A program made the translations under genes and the position numbers. This document shows positions 12,621-24,300 of a stretch of DNA of 64,000 bases, piece by piece. The notes beneath the pieces were generated by a model. The model ran no database searches. It saw nothing but the letters and a program-made list of their open reading frames with translations, and had not been told where the DNA came from. Source of the stretch: Podarcis bocagei (lineage: Eukaryota); the NCBI GenBank assembly GCA_964188305.1, contig OZ076885.1. One strand, given 5' to 3'. The first letter of the stretch is position 1; each line of letters opens with the position of its first letter.

Positions 12621-13274
12621 CTTCTTACGCTTGAAACAGCTGTTAGAAAATATACAGGGTTTCATGGGGAAGGGCTGGGCAACATGCTAGATCTGACCAC
12701 CATGTACCCCCCCCCCCAAAAAAACCTTTTCTCTCTCTCTCTAGTAAAAGACTCGCATAAGATCATCTTAATATTCTCAAGGCTGCAATCCTAGCCCCAC
12801 TTACCTGCTAGTAAAACCTCTTTAGAGTCTGCTGGATTTACTTCTCAGTAGACGTGGGTAGCCTTGCTTCCTAAATTATGATTTACCTCCAGGCCACCAC
12901 TGGTTTTATTATTCTTTTGTGATGGCTTTTGTTGTTGCTAAACCCAATAGTCACACAGAACCTCTGTCTTCAGAAGTACCAAATATTAGCGGAAAGAGAA
13001 GAAAGCCATTGTGGGAGTAAGAATCTGGCTGACATTAAGCCATATGCAGAGTAGACCCACTGAAATGAATGGAAACATGATTTCAGTGGGTTTGAGTATG
13101 GCTTAATTGGATATGGCATTGTATTTATATTATTTTGCCATATACTCTTTATCTTATTCAGGGCTTGTATTCCTAACTGGATAGTCCAAGTTTGGCCTAA
13201 AGTCACAGTTCTCCAGGTTAGCTAGTCAGAGAGGTTTACAAAGTGCTAGAAGTTGACATTTGGTCCTGTACGCA

Positions 13275-13411
13275 AGCACTGTTGTTATTTAGGGAAGCTT
13301 TTTAATGTTGAATGTTTTACTGTTTTTTATATATGATGGAAGCCACCCAGAGTTGCTGGGGCAGCCCAGTCAGATGGTCAGGGTACAAAATAAAGTAATA
13401 ATAATAATAAT
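13275..13411 (+). mobile_element. L2 3'-end fragment with (TAA)n tail
   Basis: tggaagccacccagagttgctggggcagcccagtcagatgg matches 879-920. Confidence 0.8.
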
Positions 13412-13489
13412 TTAGTCTACCACAGCAATTCGTACACAAACCCACAAAAAGAACTGCTTTGGTGTGTCCCCCGCCCCATTAATTGGCCA

Positions 13490-13900
13490 CTGTAGGGAGA
13501 CAGATGGAGGAATGTGACTCTGTTGATTCTTCTTGATCTCTCAGCAGCTTTCAGTACCATCCACCATGGTATCCTAGAATACCAATTGTGTTGGAAGCAT
13601 ACAGGCAGCCAGTGTTGTTCTAGATCCAATTCAATGTGCTGCTTTTGACCTATAAAACTCTATGGCTCAGAACCCCAGTATATTCTGGCATGTCTATCCC
13701 AAACATACTTGCATCTTTCTCCAGAGCCCATCCCCCTCTTTGGGGATGCTTGGAGGGTGGTAACAAGGAAGAGGACCTTTTCAGTTGTGGTTTCATTGGT
13801 TTAATGCCTTTTGCAGTGAAGTCGACCTGGCATCTTTGTTTCAGCACCAGACTTATCTCCTCCACCCAGCTTTTGATGGATTACAAATGGATGTTTTGCT
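13490..13900 (+). mobile_element. Old, rearranged L2 fragments
   Basis: LILLDLSAAFSTIHHGIL RT motif at about 13520-13577, followed by 3'-part-like sequence. Confidence 0.6.
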
Positions 13901-14005
13901 ACTGCTGTGCCGGCAATTTCCTGTAGCTGTTATAGGGATTGTTACATTTTTGTGGTGTGGCATAAAGTATTACTATTTGTTTTTAATGTGTGATAAGTCA
14001 CTTGA

Positions 14006-14332
14006 CTGGATGTGGGTGGCACTGTGGGTTAAACCACAGAGCCTCGGACTTGCCGATCAGGTCGGCGGTTCGAATCCCCGCGACGGGGTGAGCTCCAGTT
14101 GCTCTGTCCCTGCTCCTGCCAACCTAGCAGTTCAAAAGCACGTCAAAGGCGGGAAGGTAAATGGCGGTTCCGTGCGCTGCTCTGGTTCGCCAGAAGCGGC
14201 TTAGTCATGCTGGCCACATGACCTGGAAGCTGTACGCCGGCTCCCCCGGCCAATAAAGCGAGATGAGCACCGCAACCCCAGAGTCGGTCACGACTGGACC
14301 TAATGGTCAGGGGTCCCTTTACCTTTTACCTT
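14006..14332 (+). mobile_element. Sauria SINE (tRNA-derived head, BovB-related tail)
   Basis: Box A/B head (ggttcgaatccc), gagatgagcaccgcaaccccagagtc and an (ACCTTT)n tail. 12-bp TSD TAAGTCACTTGA at 13994-14005 and 14333-14344. Confidence 0.92.
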
Positions 14333-15993
14333 TAAGTCACTTGAGAACCTTTGGGTAACAAATGACTGACAAGTCAAATAACAGTATTTTAAAAAAATAT
14401 AATTTAAAGGTTGCTTTATGGGATAATTATTCTTACTGAGCAATGTTACCACCAGAAATGTGTAGGTCCAGAGCCCTACAGCTTCCAAACCATCTTCATG
14501 GCAGGGGAGGAGGAAAAGTGTGCCAGAAGGAATAGTCTTCTTCCCATTGGAGCAAATGGCATGGGGATGGCATGTTCCGGCTCATTATGTGGCATAATTT
14601 CTAGCATGTTTGTGTCACTGGGATTTCAGGGTGTTAGGATTCAGCACATTTGCTTCTTCATGCTGCTGCCCATTCTCAAGGACCAGCAGGCCAAACATTG
14701 CAATTATGTCCTACCTTCCAAGGAGCCCAAAGGGACAAAGAGTTTTGCTCCTCCCCATTTGCAGGGTAGGGATTTCAACCCTGGTCTCCCAGGTTTATCC
14801 ACTACATCAATAGTGTAGCCTTTGTGAAGTGTATAGAAGCATTTTCAGAGGCATGTTTTTGGTGGAAGGGGGTAGTCTAAATTTGGGAATTTTTCTGTCT
14901 CATCCTTCAACCCCTCAGTGGAAACACTAAGTTTAGTTTATAATCTTTTCCATAAGTACCTGAACAGGGATCATATAAAATATGATTCTTCCTATCACAC
15001 TTTAGGAAGAAATTAATCAGTGTCATTTGTGAATCTTCAGAGCTATAATATACCAATTTTATTTGTAAAACGAAGCTAGGTAAGTAACACTGGACTATGA
15101 TATAAGATATTCCTGTTTGCACTATTAACATTGTATGGTAACATGAGGATTATCATGAATCCCAGATGAAGCAACACCATTGTTGCACATGAACAACCTC
15201 AAAAGAATCAAGTCCAACTACATTTGAATGCATATATATTTAATACTGTTAACTGACACATCGTTGATTTATTGCACTTTATATACAGTACATGTAAATG
15301 ACGGTTCTCCCATAATACATTGCTGCAAGTAATAGAAGAGCAAACAGACACTGGAAGCCATAGAAAGCCCCAGGAAATAGATATTACAGTTTTAAACAAA
15401 AACTAATATTTACAAACTTATAATTGTACATGCAAATTTGTATTCTACACTATTTCTACATAATGCTAATTGTTTAATCCCCCCCACCCATGAAAGAGTT
15501 CAATCATACAGAAATGGTGCCTTCCTTTAATCCAAATTACAGAACAAAAAAATCAATGAATTTAAGAATGCTATGATAAAAGCATTCAGTGAAGTGTTAA
15601 AGGTACCTGAGCTGCCATAAGGAATACTGTTGCCCTGAATTGACATCTATTTGCGGATTCCATTCATTTGCAGTTTATCCTACTTATGCTAGTATAGATG
15701 TAGCATTACAACTCTAATAAAGTAGTACATATTCAAATAATCACAATTAGAACTTAAGAGGTTCACATCCTGTGCACAGAGGTTTTAAGGCAGAAACAGC
15801 ACAACAGCATTTTCTTTACTCCTAGTACTTTAACCCAACAAACGGCTAAGCTAACAAGGTCATAAAATCACAAAGTGCAAAGAATAGATTGCCAGGATGC
15901 ACCAATCATGGGAAGTAAATTAAATCCACAGATACTGCAATATAAAATACAATGATCAAGACTTCTATAGGGAACACAGATTATACAGTAGAC

Positions 15994-16140
15994 CAGTGGT
16001 GTCCATACTTTTTTCAAAGAGGGCCAGATTTGATGAAGTGAAGGGCCATGAGGGCTGACCAAAGTTGTTGACCTTGTTTTTTAAGATTGAAGTTGTGGAG
16101 GTCTTTTTAAGGGCCCCGAAACGGACTTTAGACATGCCTG
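15994..16140. mobile_element. hAT-type MITE
   Basis: CAGTGGTGTCC...AGACATGCCTG flanked by a perfect 8-bp TSD, CAGTAGAC. Confidence 0.8.
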
Positions 16141-16705
16141 CAGTAGACCAACATGTTTATAAACTTAAAGGGTTCTATTCCATGCTGTATGAATAGAGCT
16201 GCTCTGCCCCCAAACATCTCCAGAGGGTCCCCCAACCTTCTGGAACAGATTTTGAGGGGGGAGGGGAATGCAGGGGAGAGAGGAAATTCCATTGTGCAAA
16301 TGGAAAAGCTTAATTGAATACAACCCATAGCAGCCCAAAATCCTTTCTTCCTGTAGCCTACAAATTTTTGCTAGTTTGGGTAGCCAGCAAAATCTCTGCA
16401 TTCCCCAGTACGGGAGGGAGCTCATTTCCAATGCTTAGCATGACATAGGAGGTCTTTTAATGCTCAGCATGTCTGAGAGGTCTTTTAAGCAATTCTCCTC
16501 CCTGTTCTTAAGCTCAAGGAAAAGATTGAAGCATGTTTATATGATGCTTATAATGTACCTGGAGGATTTTCAAAGCACAGTGCAACTGCAAATATGTAGG
16601 CCTGCAAAACCCAGGGCAGGGAGCAGGACATAAAGAAAAGCCATATACAATCCAACAGAAAACACTGGAAAATTATCTTTTTGAGTAAGTGAAATACTTT
16701 ACAAT

Positions 16706-16840
16706 AAGGCGGATAGCTCAGTTGGTTAGAGCGTGGTGCTGATAACACTAAGGTTACAGGTTCAATCCCCATAAGATACAGTTGCATATTCCTGCAATGA
16801 TGATCCTCTGGATCCCTTCCGACTCTATGAGTCTATTCTA
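16706..16840 (+). mobile_element. tRNA-derived SINE with a CR1-like 3' tail (Squam2-like)
   Basis: ggcggatagctcagttggttagagcgtggtgctgataac...ggttcaatcccc, then cccttccgactctatgagtcta. A tail fragment also lies on the minus strand at about 40594-40636. Confidence 0.72.
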
Positions 16841-17057
16841 AGGTTCTATACTAAGGTTTACAGGACTCACAGTGTAGTATGGAATGTTTAAATGTAAGGA
16901 TCTATGCTACACAGAGAATAATAATTCCTGCAACACTGCAATTCAAGATGTATTTCTACATATAGTTTGTTGCCATTCTCATAACAGGCACATATAGGGC
17001 CTTCAATGTGTGTGAATTTCTGCTTGCTTTCATTTGAACTTTGATATGAGTTTGGAC

Positions 17058-17288
17058 AAGAGCGGTGGACTTGTAATCTGGTGAACCGGGTTCGCTTCCC
17101 CGCTCCTCCACATGCAGCTGCTGGGTGACCTTGGGCCAGTCACACTTTTCTGAAGTCTCTCAGCTTCACTCACCTCACGGAGTGTTTGTTGTGGGGGAAG
17201 GGAAAGGAGAACGTTAGCCGCTTTGAGATGCCTTAGGGTAGTGATAAAGCGGGATATCAAATCCAAACTCTTCTTCTTATTCTTCTTC
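17058..17288 (+). mobile_element. Squam3-type SINE, 5' truncated, (CTT)n tail
   Basis: Near-identical to 51938-52226; CORE-like gctgggtgaccttgggccagtcac. Confidence 0.85.
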
Positions 17289-18112
17289 TGCATGTCCTTT
17301 TGACATGGCCCTTCTCTTGAAGTCAACCTCACCTTTTCTCTCAAATGACTGACATCTGAGTGTCCATGTTCTTTCTTAAGTCACTTATAACTAGCACATA
17401 AGAATATGCTTACACTTCTATGAATTGCAACACCTTTACACACCAGCACATTTTTCTAATACCAAGGAAAATATTTGGAATGACTGTAGAACGGAAATTT
17501 AATTTTAAAGCAGCTGGGATACTGCACCACAGCTGTATTCAGTGTCATAAAGCTCTGTTATTCTTTTAATATATATATATATCTGACAACAGTTAAAATG
17601 AGGTATTATGTTTAGCTTCCTTATTATAGTTCATAAGTAATAGCTAGGATACTTGAAATTCACTTAGAATGTAAAATATTTTCTCATCTCAACAAACCAA
17701 CAAGTCAAAACTTACACAAAAACATGATTTTCTGGCTATATTACAAACCAATGTAAAAGGGATTTGTGAATCTAGTTGTCTGCTAGTGTATATTTGATTA
17801 TAATATAAATGGATGGATGGTACAGTACATCAGCAGACAATTATGTCACCAGTTGCCTTATGTTATGAAGTGGGGCTGTGCTAAGGATGAGATTGGGGCA
17901 CAGTGTTAAAAAGAAACCAAATAATGCAAAATGGTTTGGAAAGCTTTGTTTGTTCATCATTTTGAATCAATGTTCAAAATGTAAAGACTGAGATTAAGCC
18001 ATTTCCACGATCAAGTTGCACGTCTGTGAGGATGAACGTGTGTGTTATCCAGTAGCAGCTAGCAAGCTTCTTAAATGCTTCATCATTCAATTTTCAGCAT
18101 CCATGGTAGTGA

Positions 18113-18351
18113 CTAATGCACTTCTGATTCTAACCTTAGAGTACTTCTGATGGTGAAATCCATAATTCTTTTAAACTTCTCGTAAGACTTTGTTATTGGA
18201 AGCTCTAAACAATTAAGGTGTCTCTTTCCAACAGGGTATTTTATATGCAGAAACTTAACTGCAGGCTCAGGATCAAAGCCAATGGGTGGGATATCACGAA
18301 TGCCAGTTGCAAACACTAGGATGTCCTCTAGAGTTACTGCTGACTCACCAC
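18113..18351 (-). CDS. G2E3: G2E3 last coding exon (HECT C-lobe)
   Basis: tag|GTGGTGAG...; [16 protein letters not shown]...LESEVH, then TAG. Confidence 0.95.
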
Positions 18352-21300
18352 CTAGACCAAGAACGAGGAATTTGATTAGCTGAAAACAGCTTTTACAAGA
18401 TTTTCACATTAGAAGGTAAGAGTGACTCAAGCTAATGATAAATTGACCATAGTTAATCATTACTGCAAATGTAAAGTGAAACTAAAATTCATAGGCAAGG
18501 CTTGTCTTAAGAGTTTGATAAATAGGAACTGAAGTCTTTTTTAAAGCCCCCAACACATTCCAGATTCCTAGTTCAGATTCATTTAGGTGGGTCCACTTTT
18601 TCTTACCTTCTATTTCCTGTAAGTAACCCATCCAGAAATCTAGACTTCTGGCTTTGTCTGCTCCTGGTACACAGTGGATAGCAAAGAGATCACCAAGAAG
18701 TTTTGCTGTAAGTTTCTCAGGCTTGTGACATAATATGCTACAGAATGCATCAGGATTCATCTGCATTTTTTCCAAAACACCAAGTGTTTTCAAACCTTGT
18801 CTAAAGCTAAGGGGGAAAGAGACAATGCATTGAACCAAGAAAGTGCTATGAGGTTTTTTTTGTTTTTAAAAAGATAGGAAAAAAACTGCCAAATTCATTT
18901 GCATATTACAAACACCACTTTAAATTTCTAGAAGCAGTAATTCCTTAGGGCTTTGCTGGAATTATTAAAAACAAAACAAAACAAAACCAATTTACTGATA
19001 TATTTCTGTACATGTACTAGTCAGAATACCCTTGCTGGAGCTGGTACCAGCTACAGATTCTAATCAGTAATTTATTTTAGAGCTTCTAAATTTTCCTGAA
19101 AGCTACTCACAACAATGGATGGTGTCCAAGTGTGGCATCCAGCTTACAGGAATTTCCCTCTTTTCCCTTCTCCCAGGCAGCCCCAGTACACTCCCTGAAA
19201 CCGTTCTGGAAAGTTGGGGGATCCTGAAGGACAGATTAGGGAGCAGGGAGGCTATAGAGGCAGCCAAAAAGGGAAATCCTGTCACATCCACAGGTAAAAT
19301 GATGGATCTCGCCCCAGTGAAAGAAAGCTGCAGAGCTTCCTCCCTTGGGACACTATTAAGTATATTTAAGTATTCATCCAACAACTCAGTTTTTCAAATT
19401 TGAAATACCAAATATCTTTAAGCATTTTTGAGTAACAACGTAAGATGAACAACATTAAGAACAGGCCCATGGCTCACCTAGGATCATATTCTCACAGTGG
19501 CCGACCAAATGTGTGAGAGAAGCCTGCAAACTGGACATGAGCGCAACAGCACTCTGCCTACTTGCAATTACCAGCAATACATCTTTCACTTGGTGTCATA
19601 ATAAAATTTTATATTTTCAGTACTAGTAAATGAGAGGGGAAGCCACCACTAGAACAATAAATTCTTCATAACACGTGAAACTTGACTTGTAAAATTTTAA
19701 TTTATAAATGCAAAACATGAGTTAATTCACATGGAAAGAGCGTGGCTACAGAACCCTGGAGTATAAACTGCAAAAGTATAGTAATGGGTTCTATGTGCAA
19801 AACAAACCTTTCAAAAGGTAAAAGTGTTCTCTTTATGACATGGTAATTCAATATCTCATTCACCAACACATTCTTATCATGTAGAGCTGTTACAGGTTTC
19901 AAACATCCAGCAATGGCGAGATATTCAGAGCAATCACTTATTGCTGATTCTAAGCTGTTCAGAGTTCTTGCAGATTTTATCTACAGTAAGAAATCAAACA
20001 TCAACTAGTTAATTTGATGAATAAATTCAAATGGATGGATGCAACTTCCTCTTTGTTTCAGATCTTATGTCTGATCACTTTTGGCTAACAAATAAGTGGC
20101 ACATATATTATGCCAACTATTGCTGAGAAAAGAAATGCCCTCAATACCAAATTGATTTAAAATTAAGATGTTAAAAGAGAAAAAAATACCAAGATCCATC
20201 CCTATAGTGCTATGCAGTTGTAGAACAACCTACCTTCTCTATTGTCTGCAGAACAGTCACATCAGCAACATCTTCAATAGTTGGTTTCACATTCTCTGTG
20301 CCATAAACAAGGCAATCAAACAAGGTCTTGGAAAAGAAGCTAGGAGATGGCCCTCCATGAACCAGAGAAACTGCTATCATTTTTCCAGCTTCATAGTATA
20401 AATTATCTTTAAGAGCTGAAAGTACAAAGTATGTAAAATAACTATTGTGCTTACTAAATGCAGCTGGGATGAGCCCCAATCAGTCTAACCAACTGCACAC
20501 CTACTTCAGTATTATGTTTCCCATCCAATAAAATGCCCCCGGAAGCCCAGAAAAAGTGCACAGAGGCCAGAGCTCTCTTCCCCCATTTGTTGCCAGCACT
20601 TAGTGCTCAGAGGCACCATTCATCTGAACAAGTGCCCATCTTCCATAAATTTATCTCAATCTATGTAAGCCAACTGTACTTAGGGGATACAAAAGAAACG
20701 GGCTGGACATTTATGCTTAACCACCAGGACTTGTTTGTTTCCCTTCCCCACTGCATACCCAACCCCTGTGGTCACAAAAAGCTGCCCTGGAGTTTTAGTC
20801 AGAAAGGAAACTGAGCCATCAACTCTACTTCAAGAAACAACTGGGGCAAATGCTCAGGGTTTCTTTTGGTATGCCAGCAAATGTGCTCACCAGAGCTTAA
20901 CAAAGGCAATTTTTATTACCCCAAAGAACCATGACTTAAAACTGTATTTAATAGTTCTCCTGTCCCTTGATACATAGTAAAACAGAACAGAAGCTGCCTC
21001 CTCTACTTGTATTGGTTTTTGTTACCTGGACAGAGTCAATAAAAACTCAAAAAGACAATTACCAGCACCCCTCTAATTGGAGTTGCTCCATCCTCTATTA
21101 CCAATTTTGCTATTTCTGAGCAGCCTAAACAGCAAAGAGAGTAAGGAGACTCCTATATAACAAAGTGAATATTCCTATTAATATTAATTGGAGTATTCGT
21201 ATTACTGAACTTGCAGTACACAGCCAGTGTGGTGTAGTTGATAGCGTTTTTGAATTTAGATTGTGGCAAGATCTAGGTTCAAATTTCTGCTCAACCCATG

Positions 21301-24300
21301 CAGTTTGTTAGGTAGGAAGACACTTGCTTAAGATCACCTAATTCACAGCTTGCTGCAGACCACATCAAGAGTGGTCAGAACCCAATGGAGAAGGGAAAAA
21401 GAAGCATACAGTCGAACCTTGGATTTCAAAAGCCTTGGCTCCTGAACAAATCAGCCCCTAAACGGTCGAAACCTGGAAGTGAGTGTTCTGGTTTTCGAAT
21501 GTTCTTTTGGAAGCTGAATGTCCAACGGAGCTTCTGCGGCTTCCGATTGGCTGCAGGAGCTTCCTGCAGCCAATCAGAAGCCGCACTTTGGCTTCTGGAC
21601 GTTTTGGAAGTTGAACAAACTTCCGGAACGGATTCCGTTCAACCTCCAAGCTACGACTGTACCCACTTTCCTCCAAAAACATTTCAAATGTTTATAATTT
21701 AGGCTTACCTTGAGAATCAAAAGACAATATTTTTGAGGAATCGCCTTCAAAGAGCGAGGAGTTCTGAAGGTGACGAATCAGTAATAGAAAAAAATCTCCC
21801 TTTGATGAATCCATATGTGTTTTTCTCCTGCAGTTTATATACTTTACTTCAATAGTATTGGCAGGATTGAAGCTCCGCTTCTGAAATCCCTTTAAGGCGC
21901 TATCCCAGATGTTTCGTCTATTGATATTCAGTCTTGTTCGTTTGGTATTAATTTGTGATCTTAATTCCCTCAGAATATTGGAAACTTTTCTTTGCTGCAC
22001 TACAAGTTGCCTGCACAAAATAAAAGGACTGTTTTATTAGCACAGCATCTACTTAGGTATGTACAGCAATATTTCTGGATCTCTATAACCATGTAACCTC
22101 AAGTTGCCCAATTTTTTAAAGAATAAATTACTAATGGCATCCTAATAATTAGCTAACTGAAACTGCTAACAGCATGATAATCTCTTTTTTTTAAGAATTA
22201 GCATACTTACTACTCAAAACATTTCAATAGCATTTAAATAAGGAAGCACAAAGTTTCTTGTTGAGAATAGAGTCAGACAAAATGCTGATAAACAGCTGTG
22301 CATCATCTCTTTAAATACTATGTTCCCCACTCAGTTCTGTATGTCAATAAAATCAGTGTAGTGGATTGTATCTAAGACTATACAAGCAGACTTCCACTAG
22401 TGTGATGGGATTTCTCCTCCTATGCACCCCCCTGTGCATCTCAAAAATATGCTCCAGAAGGTGTCCCAACCTGGACCAGATTTTTGAAGGTTTATGGGGG
22501 CTTCAGATGCAGGAAAGGAAGGAGCAGTTGCATATAACCCCCAATCTCTAACCTTAAAACAATGGTCTGGATCAAAAGAATCATTAAACTATTTCCACGA
22601 GCCTAATGGGCAATATCTAATTGTGATATCTTCATACTGCAATGAACTTCTATTTGTGCAAATGTTATTTTCATGGGCACTATCTAATTGTGATGTCTTC
22701 ATACTGCAATGAACTTCTATTTGTGCAAATGTTATTTTCCTGTCCTTTCTTCCTGCCTCCAGCCAAAGAATCTGCTCTGGAAGGTCAAAGAAACATTTGG
22801 AGCTGATTTGGAGGCCAAGTCAGAAGGTGTGTGGGCAGGAGTAGAAGGGAAAGCCCCATCGTGTATGCTGACATGACACTGGATCTCAAAGTTGTTTCAT
22901 ACTTGTTCTCCTGCCCATAGCAGTCCCCAGTGGGAGGTAAAAATTCCACTGGGCTGCAAGCTCAGGGTCAATCCCTGCCCCCAAATTCAATCATTCGGTA
23001 TAAAATAAAAAAAGATTGGCTGACAGTTCAACATTTACTTACGTTTTTCTTAGTGTCAGATTCCTCACGGAAGGACTAATCACGGAGGAAGGGGATATCA
23101 GTCTATTATTCGAAGAGGGGAGATCTAGTTGTGAACACTGAGTAAAGGCATTGGGGCATATCTTTGGGGACCTAGAAGGGAAGAAGCCCAACCACCTTGT
23201 TAGTTGAGTTAGCCACACCCTGACTCAGAAACAGCTGAGTCAGGATACAGGTATCTCCAGCATACAATATTGTCCATGACAAGTGTACAATCAATAAATT
23301 ACATTTGTTTTTTTGTAAATGAGTACTTCAGGCATGAAGGATTGCTTCTAGATGCAAACAAAATAAGATTTGCACCGTGTCCTTAAACAAATTACATGCT
23401 TTATGCTACTCCCCATTCAAAGAATACATTGCAGGCTGTTTCTGAAGTCCCCAAGTTTCAGAACAGCTTGTTGGATGGAATGAAGAGCTGCTACAAAAAA
23501 CTCTGGAACATTAGGTTGAATTCATGATTTAGCCCTTTGATCAGTTATTATTTTTAGGCTCTAACTATAATTTGATAGTGCCGATGTTCACACAAGCTTT
23601 GCCACATGAATGAACAAGAATGAGCTGCAGCAAGCCTTAAATTTGATAGCACATCCCCACTGTCCAATCCCAGTGCAGGCTGGAGTTCAGGAACAGAAGG
23701 TTTTGCTTTTGATTACCCACCATTTGCCACATTTGCCACATCCTCTGGATCTGGAATTGGGGTTAGTCTTAACCACAGTTAAAATGTCAGTTTCAGTAGC
23801 TATGGTTTGAAGCTGGCACTGAAAGAAAGTACAGGGAAGGTGGCTGCTTGGTGCTAAAAGGCAAGGAATTCCATAGTATAGGTGCTGCCACACTAAAATA
23901 TCAATTTCTCACAACTGTGGAATGAATATTACGTGGCACCTTTAACAGTAACAATTTCGGTCAAGTGACATATATGGAGTAAGATGATGCCGCAAAGGAA
24001 AACATTCCCAAGCCGTTATGGGCTTTATATAACAACAGTTAAACCTTAAACTTGGCTTGAACAAATCGGCAACTAGTACAGATCTCTGGGCAGAGGCATT
24101 ATGTGCCGACAGGGCCTTACTCCTGTCAGCAACTATGCTGCAGCATTCTGCATTAACTGCAGTTTCCAGGCAAAGTGAAAGGGAAGCCCCACATAGAGTA
24201 TACTGAGGTAATCTAATCTTGAAGTCACCAGTGCTTTCCCAGCCCAGGAACAGCTGAAACCGTCATACCAAATGCAGCTGGTAAAAAACACTTTTAGCTA

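Noticed and set aside
11823-12665. Multiple overlapping ORFs at the SCFD1 5' end
   Set aside because: Stop-codon depletion in a CpG island; only [10 protein letters not shown] fits the splice pattern.
16706-16782. tRNA-Ile(GAT)-like gene
   Set aside because: The acceptor stem does not pair, and it is followed by a CR1-like tail instead of an oligo-T terminator, so it is a SINE head.
23687-23818. Possible extra G2E3 exon with CxxC ([10 protein letters not shown]) after a ttcag acceptor
   Set aside because: No convincing phase-compatible donor, and the CxxC arises from a short tandem duplication (atttgccac x2).
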